From contig OY764216.1 in assembly GCA_963668315.1 (NCBI GenBank), forward strand, positions 2,496,001 to 2,560,000: a stretch of 64,000 nt of DNA. The letters run 5' to 3'. A model generated the notes under the pieces. The model had not been told where the DNA came from, searched no databases, and saw nothing but the letters and a program-made list of their open reading frames with translations. Each line of letters starts with the position of its first letter. Position 1 is the first letter of the stretch. Of the stretch, positions 27,912-38,500 are shown piece by piece. This DNA comes from Spirochaetia bacterium. GTDB lineage: Bacteria > Spirochaetota > Spirochaetia > DSM-2461. The position numbers and the translations under genes are program-made.

Positions 27912-28300
27912 GGGGCCAGCTCTTCACTGTAATGGCGGTCCACCAGAAGAATATGCTGGCAGATCCACTCTTCGAGGAGCATGAGCATATCCCCCGTGAC
28001 CTCCCTCCCCCGGGAGACGCGGTCCATCAGTTCCTTCACCTTTCCGATAAGACCTTTATGGGCGATTTTATGCTGTTCCAGCTGGGAATAGGAGTACTTC
28101 GCCAGAATCTCCTCTTCATTACCGAAGTGGTATTCCGTATATTCCAGGAGGGAGAGAAGAATTTTCTCCCCAGCCCCTTTATCCGTTCTCTCGCCCATGG
28201 CGCGGTTAAGATCGTTTATCAGGGAGAAGAGTTTTTTATGCTCCCCGTCTATGCCTCCGCTTCCCACGGAGTATTTTTCATTCCACTCTATAAGATCCAC
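27893..28300 (-). CDS. Bacteriohemerythrin (single domain)
   Basis: W...YSVG...IDGEHKKL, HFGNEE, HKIAH, W...HILLVD di-iron ligands; GTG start. Confidence 0.92.
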   Translation of the reverse strand: MDLIEWNEKYSVGSGGIDGEHKKLFSLINDLNRAMGERTDKGAGEKILLSLLEYTEYHFGNEEEILAKYSYSQLEQHKIAHKGLIGKVKELMDRVSRGREVTGDMLMLLEEWICQHILLVDRHYSEELAPYLRAE

Positions 28301-28405
28301 TTTTCCCTCTCCCGGAGATTTCCCTTTTTCCGGAACACCCTTTTATCCTGCTTTTCCGGTGGGGAGAGGGTAACGTATTTTACCCTTTTCCTCAAGGTTT
28401 TTTGC

Positions 28406-28433
28406 TTGACAAGGGAAAGATCGAAGGTATTAT
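28406..28433 (+). promoter_or_regulatory. sigma70 promoter for the kinase / hydrogenase-like operon
   Basis: TTGACA-N16-TATTAT. Confidence 0.65.
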
Positions 28434-28453
28434 TGATAGCTAAGGAAGAAACT

Positions 28454-28867
28454 GTGAAATTTACCTACGACGTACCGGGAGATGATTTTTCTCAGGCCGG
28501 ATTTGCTTCCAGCGATATCAAGAAAAAGCTAAAGCAGCTGAATGTCCCTTCTCCGGTGATCAAAAGAACGGCCGTCGCCATGTATGAAGCAGAGATCAAT
28601 ATGGTGATTCACGCCCACGGGGGAAAGGCCGAGGTGGATATCTCCCCGGAACGAATTTCCGTTGTGATGAGTGACGAGGGACCGGGAATCGAGGATCTGG
28701 AACTGGCTATGACCGAAGGGTGGTCTACGGCCAGCGAAGAGGCCCGGGAACTGGGGTTCGGCGCCGGTCTGGGCCTTCCCAATATGAAGCGTAACTCCGA
28801 CGAGTTTTCCCTGGAAAGCACCCCCGGCAAGGGGACTACGGTCAGCTTCGTTCTGCATGTGAAATAG
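28454..28867 (+). CDS. RsbT-like anti-sigma / Ser-Thr kinase (HATPase_c)
   Basis: YEAEINMVIHA, DEGPGI.D.ELAM.EGWST, GAGLGLPNMKR; GTG start at 28454 after AAGGAAG. Confidence 0.88.
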   Translation: MKFTYDVPGDDFSQAGFASSDIKKKLKQLNVPSPVIKRTAVAMYEAEINMVIHAHGGKAEVDISPERISVVMSDEGPGIEDLELAMTEGWSTASEEARELGFGAGLGLPNMKRNSDEFSLESTPGKGTTVSFVLHVK

Positions 28868-28877
28868 GGGGTATCCG

Positions 28878-30194
28878 GTGGACAGCAGCGATTCAAGTCA
28901 CTCCATCGTTCTGGATCTGGACAAGTGCCAGGGCTGTACAAACTGCATAAAGCGCTGTCCGACCGAAGCTATCCGCGTCAGCCAGGGCCATGCCTACATA
29001 CTGGATAACCGCTGCATCGACTGCGGGCAGTGCGTACGAACCTGTCCCTCCCAGGCCAAACTGGCCGTGTCCGACCCCCTCTCCCTCATCCGGTCCTATA
29101 CTACGAAGATAGCCCTTGTCGCCCCCTCCTTCTATGGCCAGTTCCCCGGTACTGTACCGGTTAACAAAATACTGACAGCCGTGAAAAGCCTCGGGTTCAC
29201 CGATGTGCTGGAAGTCGCCCAGGGAGCCGATCTGGCGGCCCGGGAGGCGGAGGAGATCCTTACCTCTTCCCGAAGAGGGGAGGCGGGGCCCCTTCCCCGA
29301 ATCACCTCATCCTGCCCCGTTGTGGTGCGGCTCATCCAGAATCGTTTTCCCTCACTGCTGGAGAATCTTCTGCCCGTTGTCTCTCCCATGGAAATCACGG
29401 CGCGCATCGCCCGGACTCTCTACCCCGGCGATGATACGGGGGTTTTCTTTATCTCTCCCTGTTCGGGAAAAGTCACGGCCGTGCGTCATCCCCGGGGGCT
29501 GGAGAAAAGCGCTCTGGACGGAGTCATCGGCTTCCGGGATGTCTTCGGGGCGGTTAAAGCCTCTCTGGCCCGTATCGGGGAGCCCGAACCGCTGGCCTCG
29601 GCCTCTCCTGCCGGCCGCAAATGGGCCCGCGTCGGAGGGGAAGGGGAGGACTCATCGAAGCACTATATCTCCATCGACGGGATAGACCGGGTAATGGAGG
29701 GGCTGGAGCAGATCGAGAACGGCTCCTGGGACCGCTTCGAGCTGGTTGAGTTCATGTGCTGTCCCGGCGGCTGTCTGGGAGGTCCCCTGGCGGTCATCAA
29801 TCCCTATGAAGGGGCGGCGAATATGAAGGACCGGGAGATCTCCGGCGATCCCGATCCGGCAGGCCTCCGCAGGCTTCCCCCTTTTGCGGGAACACTGACA
29901 TGGGAGAAAATGCCTCCGCCGGTTGCGGCCTATCAGCTGGACGAAGATTTCGATAAGGCCGTCGTGCTCATGGAAAAGATGGAGGATATCCTGGGGGAAC
30001 TCCCCGGAATCGACTGCGGTTCCTGCGGTGCTCCCACCTGCCAGGCTTTCGCCGAGGACGTGGTAACCGGCCGTACCGATATAACGGGATGCGTCTTTCT
30101 GCTGCGGGAGCGGATAAAGGGGCTGACCGATCAGATGGTGGATCTTCAGAAGGTCATGCCCCCCAGTTTTCAGAAAAAGCACCGGGGAAGATAA
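28878..30194 (+). CDS. [FeFe]-hydrogenase-like Fe-S protein (putative sensory type)
   Basis: Two CxxCxxCxxxCP ferredoxin motifs; H-cluster-like motifs TSSCP, SPCSGK, EFMCCPGGCLGG; C-terminal CGSCGAPTC..C Fe-S domain. Confidence 0.85.
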   Translation: MDSSDSSHSIVLDLDKCQGCTNCIKRCPTEAIRVSQGHAYILDNRCIDCGQCVRTCPSQAKLAVSDPLSLIRSYTTKIALVAPSFYGQFPGTVPVNKILTAVKSLGFTDVLEVAQGADLAAREAEEILTSSRRGEAGPLPRITSSCPVVVRLIQNRFPSLLENLLPVVSPMEITARIARTLYPGDDTGVFFISPCSGKVTAVRHPRGLEKSALDGVIGFRDVFGAVKASLARIGEPEPLASASPAGRKWARVGGEGEDSSKHYISIDGIDRVMEGLEQIENGSWDRFELVEFMCCPGGCLGGPLAVINPYEGAANMKDREISGDPDPAGLRRLPPFAGTLTWEKMPPPVAAYQLDEDFDKAVVLMEKMEDILGELPGIDCGSCGAPTCQAFAEDVVTGRTDITGCVFLLRERIKGLTDQMVDLQKVMPPSFQKKHRGR

Positions 30195-30212
30195 TTCCCC
30201 GGGCGCCGGAAC

Positions 30213-31979
30213 TCAGACAGGAAAGCTCTTGTCTTCTATGGTGCCGAGCCATTTCTCCACGGCGTTCCTTTTGATTTTCTGCGTCGTGGTCATGGCCAGG
30301 GGCTCTTCCACGATGCGCAGCCGGCTTATCCTCTTGTAGGGCAGCAGCTCCCGGTTGACCTCTTTAACGGCATGAATGATGTCCTGCCGTATTTTCTCCT
30401 CATCGAACATACCCATGGTGCGGTAGTGCTCTTCCGAAGGAAAGGCCACCATTTCGATACCCTCCGACCGGGTGGATTCGTCCATGATGTATCCGCGGAT
30501 CATAATCTGCTCTATCTGCTGGTAAAGCTGGAAGTGGTCCTCCACCTCTTCGGGAAAGACGTTTTTACCACCCTCGGTCACGATAAGGGATTTGGCCCTT
30601 CCCGTAAGGTAGAGATAATTCTCCCTGTCCAGGTAACCCATATCGCCCGTTCTCAGGTATCCGTCTTCGGTGAAGAGTTCCTTCGTGGCCTCCTCGTTCT
30701 TGTAATATCCCTTGCAGCAGATATTTCCCTTCAGAGCGATCTCTCCTATCCCGTCCTCGTCGGGGTCGAGTATTTTCATGTCCACAAGGGGAAAGACCTT
30801 ACCCACCGATTTAAGCTTGAAGTGATCCTTGGGATTCAGCGTGCTGATGGGAGCAGTTTCGGTCATACCGTATCCCTGGACAAAATCCAGTCCCAGTTCC
30901 TGGTAACGGCGGAAAGTTTCCGGTGCCAGAGGGCCGGCCCCGCAGATGAGGAATTTCACGTTGATCAGATTCGCCTTGGTGAGAAGGGTTTTGAAGAGGG
31001 CGCGGCCCACATTGATTCCCAGAACCCTTTTAAAGAAACCGGATACCCTCATCATCAGCCCTATGTAAAGATGCACCGCCAGGCCTTTGCTCCTGACCTG
31101 TTTCATCAGGCCCTTCAGTATCTTGTTGTAAAGAAGGGGGATTCCGCTGATAATGGTAACACCCCCGTCGTGGAGATCTTTCATCATGGCCCCCACTGAA
31201 AGGCTGGCGGCGAAGACACAGGTGCCGCAGTTCAGTATCGACTCGATGAATACCGAGGTAAAGCAGTAGCTGTGGTGGAGGGGAAGCAGGGCGTACCAGA
31301 TATCCTCCGTGTCCGGTCCCAGGTAATCCCTGTGGGTCGCCTGGAGGGCATCGCTCATGAAATTTTCGTGGGTGAGCATGACGCCCTTTTCATTTCCCGT
31401 TGTTCCCGATGTATAAAGTATGGCCATGAGATCGGAGCATAGGGGGGGCTCGTACTCCTTCTCTTTCCGGAAGGCCAGGTCCATGATGAAGTTATCCTTA
31501 TCCCGGTCCAGGGAGATCATCTCCTTAACGCCCGCCGCCTTCCTGTCTATCTGGCCGTACTTCTCCTTATCTATGAAGAGTATGTCCGCATCGGCGAAAT
31601 GGATCAGTCTTGTCAGGGTGGGAATATCCAGCTGGTAGTCTATGGGAACGGCAACGGCCCCGATTTCTACGATGGCGAGATAGGCAATGCCCCAGCGGGG
31701 ACTGTTTTTTCCCGTGAGAACGACGGAATCGCCCTTTTTCACCCCTTTCATAAGAAGATGCTGGGATACTCTTTTAACGTGCTCCTCAAGCTGTGAGAAG
31801 GTATAGCACTCCTCTCCCTCTTTGTGATAGGCGACAAAACCCTTCTTATCCGGATATGCGGCGGCGGTGATATGGAATATTTCCGACAGGGTAGGCCACT
31901 CTCCCTTTACTCTGTCAGGTCTGAACTGTTCAAGATAGTCCCAGGAATTATCAAAGGTATGCATGGGTTTGTCAGCCAT
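30213..31979 (-). CDS. fadD: Long-chain fatty acid-CoA ligase (AMP-binding)
   Basis: YTSGTTGNEKG, LPLHH, QGYGMTET, RTGDMG, GRAK..GGKNVFPEE. Start moved to ATG 31979 (RBS GAGGAG). Confidence 0.85.
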   Translation of the reverse strand: MADKPMHTFDNSWDYLEQFRPDRVKGEWPTLSEIFHITAAAYPDKKGFVAYHKEGEECYTFSQLEEHVKRVSQHLLMKGVKKGDSVVLTGKNSPRWGIAYLAIVEIGAVAVPIDYQLDIPTLTRLIHFADADILFIDKEKYGQIDRKAAGVKEMISLDRDKDNFIMDLAFRKEKEYEPPLCSDLMAILYTSGTTGNEKGVMLTHENFMSDALQATHRDYLGPDTEDIWYALLPLHHSYCFTSVFIESILNCGTCVFAASLSVGAMMKDLHDGGVTIISGIPLLYNKILKGLMKQVRSKGLAVHLYIGLMMRVSGFFKRVLGINVGRALFKTLLTKANLINVKFLICGAGPLAPETFRRYQELGLDFVQGYGMTETAPISTLNPKDHFKLKSVGKVFPLVDMKILDPDEDGIGEIALKGNICCKGYYKNEEATKELFTEDGYLRTGDMGYLDRENYLYLTGRAKSLIVTEGGKNVFPEEVEDHFQLYQQIEQIMIRGYIMDESTRSEGIEMVAFPSEEHYRTMGMFDEEKIRQDIIHAVKEVNRELLPYKRISRLRIVEEPLAMTTTQKIKRNAVEKWLGTIEDKSFPV

Positions 31980-32105
31980 TTCGTCTCTCCTCAGGCTTTT
32001 TTTTCTTCGAAGAATTATATACGGATATGCAGAAAATGTCAAAAAATGTTCAATTTTCTCCCCGAGGCAAGGAGCCTGTGTCCCGTGCGGGTTCAAGAGA
32101 GGGAA

Positions 32106-34043
32106 TCAGTCACGATCGGCGGACTGAAGGGGCAGATAGATGTAGATGCTGGCACCCTTTTCGGTTCTGTTTTCCACTCTGATATGGCCTTTGTGCTGGG
32201 AGATAATGCCGGAAACCTGGGAAAGCCCCAGGCCCACTCCGAACTCCTTGGTGGAGTAGAATGGTTCGAAAAGTCGGTGCATGTTTTTTTCCGAAAAACC
32301 CGGTCCCTTATCCTTGACGGCCAGAACGGCCCATTCGCCCTTCAGGGGAGTGTGGCAGAAGGAACAGTTTTTTTCTCCTTTCTCACTGACTTTACTGGTT
32401 TCCAGGGTCAGCATCCCCCCCTCGGGCATGGAATCAAATCCGTTTTCAATCAGATTTTCCATGGCAAGATTCAGCCGGTCCCGGTCAATATTCACGGGAA
32501 GGGTGTTTCTGTCGTTTATCATGGTCAGTTTCATATTCCGGTCAATTCGGGGGAAGAAAGTTCTGTATACCGATTCGGCATAGCTGTTCAGGTCATCATC
32601 ACAGGGCTGGAACTGTCCTTTCTGGCTGAAGGAAAGGAGCTGACTGATCATTTTCGCCGACTGCTCCACCCGGATCGTAATATGGGAGAGGTACTCCTTC
32701 TGCTCCTTTTTGAGGTTGCTGCCCCCCATAAGAAGATCGACGAATCCCTGAATCACTGTCAGGGTGTTGTTTATATTGTGAGCCATCCCCGCAGACAGCT
32801 GACCGAGGGCGGCATACTTTTCTATCTGGTTGAGTTTTCTCTGTGTATCCAGCTTCTCCTCGGCCATTTTACCTATCTTGATTTCGGCCTTCTCCTTTTC
32901 GTAGAAGAGGGAATCCACTTCCTCCTTGATGAGACTGATTATCTCTTTGACCAGGAGGAGCCTTTCGTCGTCCGAATCTGTTTCGGGCAGTCTGATCCCG
33001 GGGGTATCCCACTGTACGCTCGCCGCTATTTTAAGGAACTCTTCCAGACTGTCATCCCGGATACTTCTACTCCGGTTTTTCTTTTCCACAGCCTGGAAAA
33101 AGGGCTTTTCCAGAGCCATGCGGCACGCTTCCTCCTCATTCGCCATCCTTTTCATGTTCAGAGACACCAGGGGGGTCACCAGGCGGATAAAGGCGGAAAA
33201 CCGGCTGTTCATATTATAGAGAAGAATCTGAAGATTTTTTCTTCCTTCCAGGGTCTTCTTCATCCGCTTGACCGCAAAGTTTCTGATCGACGGTCTGAAT
33301 TCCTTGATCGCGGCACAGTCAACCAGAAAATACTGGGCGTCATCCAGGGTTAGGCCCCGTGACTCCATGAGTTCCCGGAAGGTCTCATCGAAGAACATGA
33401 TGATGTCCTGGTCAATAACAGGCCCCATAATGAAATGAAGCACCCTGTCGTTCAGGAGAATAATACGGGTTCCCCTCATCTCGTAACGGTAGGTCAGTCG
33501 GCACAGTTCAATGGGAAAAAGATTCTTCGACAGGGGCGAATAGGAGAAAGGCTGGTTTATCGTCTCCAGGGGAAGTTCTTCCCTTTCGGCAATCTCCAGA
33601 GCCATATGAACTGCCTGGGCGTAGTCCTGCGCGATCAGAATGAGGGAATGGCTTTTCTTCTGCAGAAGTCCCAGTTTCACGGCGGTTTTAAGGGGGAGGG
33701 AAAGGTTGCAGAATATCACGGCGGAACACTTCTGGTTCTTTTCCAGAAAGGAGGCGAATATCCGGCGGCTGTGGGAGGATGTATCGGAAAGGTGGGAATA
33801 GTCCTCTATCTGAATATAGGACTCCCTTTTTCTGAGAATCTCATTGATGAGAAACTGATTGATCTTCAGGGCCCCTTTGAGATTTTTCTCATTGGCATAT
33901 CCTTCCGGCTTTGAGTAGATGAAGGTCCCTCCCAGGAGGGAGAAATCCGTTTTGTACTGCGGGCCCAGTCTCTGGGCACAAAAGTTTCTATCCCCTTCGA
34001 TCGTGAGCGATGTGACAGGGCAATAGCGAACCGAATCTATCAT
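32106..34043 (-). CDS. Soluble orphan histidine kinase with uncharacterised N-terminal input region
   Basis: H-box GMAHNINN; N-box NLIENGFDSM; DKGPG; FEPFYSTK; GLGL; no obvious TM. Confidence 0.88.
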   Translation of the reverse strand: MIDSVRYCPVTSLTIEGDRNFCAQRLGPQYKTDFSLLGGTFIYSKPEGYANEKNLKGALKINQFLINEILRKRESYIQIEDYSHLSDTSSHSRRIFASFLEKNQKCSAVIFCNLSLPLKTAVKLGLLQKKSHSLILIAQDYAQAVHMALEIAEREELPLETINQPFSYSPLSKNLFPIELCRLTYRYEMRGTRIILLNDRVLHFIMGPVIDQDIIMFFDETFRELMESRGLTLDDAQYFLVDCAAIKEFRPSIRNFAVKRMKKTLEGRKNLQILLYNMNSRFSAFIRLVTPLVSLNMKRMANEEEACRMALEKPFFQAVEKKNRSRSIRDDSLEEFLKIAASVQWDTPGIRLPETDSDDERLLLVKEIISLIKEEVDSLFYEKEKAEIKIGKMAEEKLDTQRKLNQIEKYAALGQLSAGMAHNINNTLTVIQGFVDLLMGGSNLKKEQKEYLSHITIRVEQSAKMISQLLSFSQKGQFQPCDDDLNSYAESVYRTFFPRIDRNMKLTMINDRNTLPVNIDRDRLNLAMENLIENGFDSMPEGGMLTLETSKVSEKGEKNCSFCHTPLKGEWAVLAVKDKGPGFSEKNMHRLFEPFYSTKEFGVGLGLSQVSGIISQHKGHIRVENRTEKGASIYIYLPLQSADRD

Positions 34044-34389
34044 AACCTCTCTTCCTCATTAAAAGTATAAGGGATGAAAAGTAACAATTCAAAAAAAACA
34101 TACTTTTTCCAGACATCGGCGCCATCGGTCTCTCCTCTCCCGGAAGAGAACAGGGAAAAGGCCTGCTTGGGCTTTTTCCCAACCTCTGGCAAAATAGACC
34201 GTAAACTTGGGGGAAAAGTAACAGAAAATCCAATGAAGAGAGTTATATTATTAGTACTCCTGCCGGATTCTGCGGGCATATTCGGGTCTTATGAGTCTTT
34301 CCCGAGAAATGGCATAGCTTTTGCTTTAAAGATTTTTACATATAGATAAGAAAACGGGTGGATCGATGTATCCCCCGGGGAGATTTGGG

Positions 34390-35517
34390 ATGAACAGGAA
34401 ATTATTTTCCATCCTTTCGGTCGCGGCGGTTCTGCTGTGCGGCGGCCTCATTATGGTATTGCTGTCTTCAAATAAGGCGGAACCCTCCCTTGCCGAGGAG
34501 ACCGGTGAAGCAAGAAGCGTCAGAACGGGGACGCTGATACCCGCAGAAGAGACTGTCTGGATTGAGGCGGACGGTTTTCTCAAGGCAAGGAGACAGCTTG
34601 ATCTGTCAGTTCCCGTTGCGGGAAAGGCTGTCTACGTAAAGGAAGGCCTCAAAGGGGGTGTTCCCGTTGAGGAAGGGGATCTGCTTTTGTCCCTTGACGA
34701 CAGAAGAGCGCGGCTGGCCTTTCTGGGCGCCCGGGCGGATATGATTCAGGCGACAAATCAGTTTCTGGCCGTTGCCGGGCTGGATGAACGGGAACGGCCC
34801 CTCTGGGAGACCTATCTCGGTCGTCTGGAACGTTCCGGCGCTGAAAACCTTCCCTCCCTGCCGGAGGCCGTAGGGAGGATTGAACAGCTGGCGGTGACCA
34901 AGGGGGTTTATGCGGGGAGCTATGCCCTGGAAAGGGCCGCCATGGATCTGACCGATCATTTCCTGACAGCCCCCTTCACGGGAATTCTCACCGGGGAAGG
35001 GGTTTCCGAGGGAGCCTGGGTCTCTCCGGGGGTCGCTCTGGCCGGTCTCGTTGAATCGGGGGCGCTGGAACTGACCCTCTCCCTGACCGCGGAGGATGTA
35101 CTCCACGTGGAGCCCGGAGACGGTGTTGTCATAACCCGACCCGAGGACGACAGCCGGCTCTTCGGTCTCATTGAGAGAATCGAACCCCTTCTGAGCGCCG
35201 GTTCGCAGACGGCTCAGATACACATCTCCCTCGATGTTCCCCCCGAAGAGCGCTGGCTGCCCGGAGCGTTTGTCTCGGCCCGTATCCGGGGAAAGCGCTT
35301 TGATGCGGCCTGCCGGGTTCCCCGGGAAATTCTTTCCGGGGACCGTATTCCCCTGTATGAGGAGGGAACGCTGGTTTTCAGAAAGGTCTCTCTCTGGGCC
35401 TATGACGGGTCCGATGTGATTATCGCTCCGGATTTTCCCCCGGGAACGGAGTATGTGGCAACCGTCCTTCAGAATCCCATGGAAGGAATGCTTCTTGATA
35501 GGGAGGGGGATTCATGA
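34390..35517 (+). CDS. RND efflux periplasmic adaptor (MFP)
   Basis: N-terminal TM; VEEGDLL, LTAPFTG, PGAFV. Start could be 34366. Confidence 0.85.
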   Translation: MNRKLFSILSVAAVLLCGGLIMVLLSSNKAEPSLAEETGEARSVRTGTLIPAEETVWIEADGFLKARRQLDLSVPVAGKAVYVKEGLKGGVPVEEGDLLLSLDDRRARLAFLGARADMIQATNQFLAVAGLDERERPLWETYLGRLERSGAENLPSLPEAVGRIEQLAVTKGVYAGSYALERAAMDLTDHFLTAPFTGILTGEGVSEGAWVSPGVALAGLVESGALELTLSLTAEDVLHVEPGDGVVITRPEDDSRLFGLIERIEPLLSAGSQTAQIHISLDVPPEERWLPGAFVSARIRGKRFDAACRVPREILSGDRIPLYEEGTLVFRKVSLWAYDGSDVIIAPDFPPGTEYVATVLQNPMEGMLLDREGDS

Positions 35518-38500
35518 AACGGCTGATCGAATATTTCTTCACCCGCAGAATGGTAACGAACTGGCTTCTCCTCATCGTCATGGCCGCGGGTGTTTTCGGG
35601 TTTACCCAGCTGAGAAGGCGGGTCTGGCCCCAGATGGACTACGACTACATTACCCTGGATGTCTCCTGGCCCGGAGCTGCCGCTCTGGAAGTGGAGGAGG
35701 GGCTGACCATTCCCATCGAGGAGAGGCTCAGGGGACTGGAAGGAGTCGAGCGGACCGTATCCACCACGGGCGACGGGTATGTGAATGTCTGGATTGAAGC
35801 GGATCCCCGCATTCCCATCGACAAGACCGTGGACCGTATCCGCACGGCGGTCAAATCGGTTCCCTCCTATCCCCAGGACGCCGACGCGCCCCTCGTGAGT
35901 CAGCTTGATTCGTGGAACCGGGTAATGCTTCTGTTTATCTACGGTCCGGAGGATAAGAATGTTCTCGAACAGGTGGCCGATGAATTCCGCGATCAGCTTC
36001 TTGCCTCGGGTGAGGTGACCCAGATTGATACCTGGGGAATGCCCCGCCGGGAGATCCGCCTGGATGTCAATCCCGATATTCTCAGGGAGTACGGCCTGAC
36101 CGCCGATGATATCAGCAGCGCCGTTCAGGCCTCCGATCTGAATATCGCCGCCGGATCGATCCATACGGGTCGGGAAAATCTGGAAATACGCTCCTACGGC
36201 AGGAGAACCTCCGTGGAGGCCATTGAGCAGATCCCCCTCAACGCGGGAGGAGAGATCCTTTCCCTGGGCACTGTCTGTTCCGTCAGCGAGGAGTGGCCGG
36301 AGGAGACGGTCTACACCAGGGCAAACGGAAAGCCGGCCGTCGGTTTCGATATCATGTACTCCAACTCGGAGGATGTCATCGCCATCTCGAAGACGGTGGA
36401 CGGGATCATTGAGAAATCGGAGAAGAAATACGGCGGCCTGGTCCATTATAAGCCCTTTATACGCGATTCAGACCAGATAGAGGAGCGCCTGGGGACCCTG
36501 AGCACCTCGGGACTTCTCGGCCTTCTTCTCGTTATTATCATTCTGGGAACATTTCTGAACCTCCGTCTTTCCCTCTGGGTCGCCTTCGGTATTCCCTTCT
36601 CCTTCCTGGGACTCTTTTTCATCGAATGGATACTGGATATCACGATTAACGAGATGTCACTCTTCGGCATGATCATGGTTCTGGGAATTCTGGTGGATGA
36701 CGGGATCGTCATTGGGGAGAATATTTTCTCCCACTGGAAAGAGGAGGGGAAGGATCCCCTCAGGGCCGCAGTGGAGGGGACAAGGGAAGTGCTGGCTCCT
36801 GTGGCGGTCTCCATCGTGACGACAATGATCGCCTTCACCCCCTATTTTTTCCTTTACGGGGAGATGGGACAGTATACGTCCCAGATAGGTCTTGTCATCA
36901 TCCTCTGCCTGGGGTTCTCCCTTCTGGAAGCTTCCATTATTCTGCCCGTCCACCTGGCCCATTCCCGGGCGCTTACCGTTTCAGGCAAGGAAGTGAGCAG
37001 GCCGCGCCGGGTTCTGGACCGGTTTCAGGAGCGGCTGATCCACCGGATGTACGCCCCTCTGCTGCGGGCGGCGCTCAGGCACAGGGGGCTGGCCCTGGCC
37101 CTCATGGCTGCTTTTCTCATGATTCTCATCGGGGCCCTCGCGGGGAACCATATCAAGTCCATGTTCTTCCCCGAAGTGGAAATGCCCTATTCCTATGCGG
37201 AGATTTCCTTCCCCGCCGGTACTTCCGCGGCGGTGGTGAACCGGGTCCGCGACTATGTGTCGGACAAGGCACGCGAACTGGGTTCCGAGCCGGAGTGGAA
37301 TCTTCCCGGGAAGGGCTACCCCAACGGAGTGGTGGATCTTCTCTCCTGGGGCGGCGGCCAGAGCGTTTATGTGTATTTTATCATGATTCCCAACGAAGTG
37401 CGTCCCTACCGGGTCTCCCGGTTCTCCGCCGCCCTGAATGAACGGCTCGGCACTATTGTGGAAGCGGAGAGCGTGAAAATCGGCGAGGAGAGTGCCTTCG
37501 GGGGCTATCCCGTATCGATCCGTTTTACGGGGAATGATGCTGAGGCCCTGTCCGAAGCGGCCGACCGTCTCAAGGAGGAACTGAGGCATATCAAAGGGAT
37601 TAAGGATATAGGGGATGATCAGCCTCTGGGGTCCAAGGAACTGATTTTTGAGGTCAATCGGAGGGGGCGTGCCCTGGGGCTGACTCCCGCCTATGTGGCT
37701 TCCCAGATCCGTGACGGATGGTATGGAAAGGAAGTGACCCACCTGACCGACGGGACGCGTCAGATCCCCGTGGTTCTTCGAATGTCCGGGGAGGACAGAA
37801 GAAGCCTGAATCAGCTTGACCGCTTTCCCGTCCGTACGCCTTCGGGAGCCTGGGTCATGGCGGGTGACGTGATGGATTACACCGTCGAGAGGGGACTGGC
37901 GTGGATTAAAAGGGAAAACGGCTACCGGGCCGTGCGGGTCAACGCCGGTTTTGACAGCAGCGAAAACGATCTCAATGTGGTTCTGAGCCGGATCAACAGC
38001 GAAATTGTCCCGGCCATCCTGGCAGATATTCCCGGCGTGACATTGAGCGCGGGGGGCCAGGCCGAAGAGGTGCAGCGCATGATGAACTCCATGATATTCA
38101 CCATGGTCGGCGCCATGATCGTCATGTTCACCATTCTGATGATTGCCACCGGTTCCGTCGGTCAGGCCCTCGTTATCATGTCGCTGATTCCCCTGGGGCT
38201 GGTCGGAGCTATCTACGGACATATGATCATGGGGGAACCGCTGAGCTTTATCTCCTTTCTGGGCGTTCTGGCTCTGGGAGGGATAATTGTGAACGATTCG
38301 GTGGTTCTCATAGATGCGTATAACACAATGGTCAGGCATAAAGGGATTGATCCTCTGAAGGCGGCCTATACGGCGGGAGTAAAACGTTTCCGTCCCATTC
38401 TCATGACGACGCTGACAACCTCCATCGGGCTCGCGCCCCTCATCTTTCAGAAGTCCATGGGCGGGCAGTTCCTCATTCCCATAGCCATATCCGTTGCTTT

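Noticed and set aside
32352..32366. CxxCH read as a c-type cytochrome heme site
   Set aside because: It lies in a cytoplasmic HATPase domain with no export signal; kept only as a possible metal or redox motif.
31824..33353. 509-aa + strand ORF, and similar long antisense ORFs such as 36981-38594, 55219-56598 and 58926-60206
   Set aside because: They are shadow frames opposite well-supported genes, with no recognisable motifs; expected from codon bias in GC-rich DNA.
34044..34389. Small ORFs in the kinase/efflux intergenic region
   Set aside because: They overlap on both strands with no convincing RBS or motif; most likely divergent promoter DNA.
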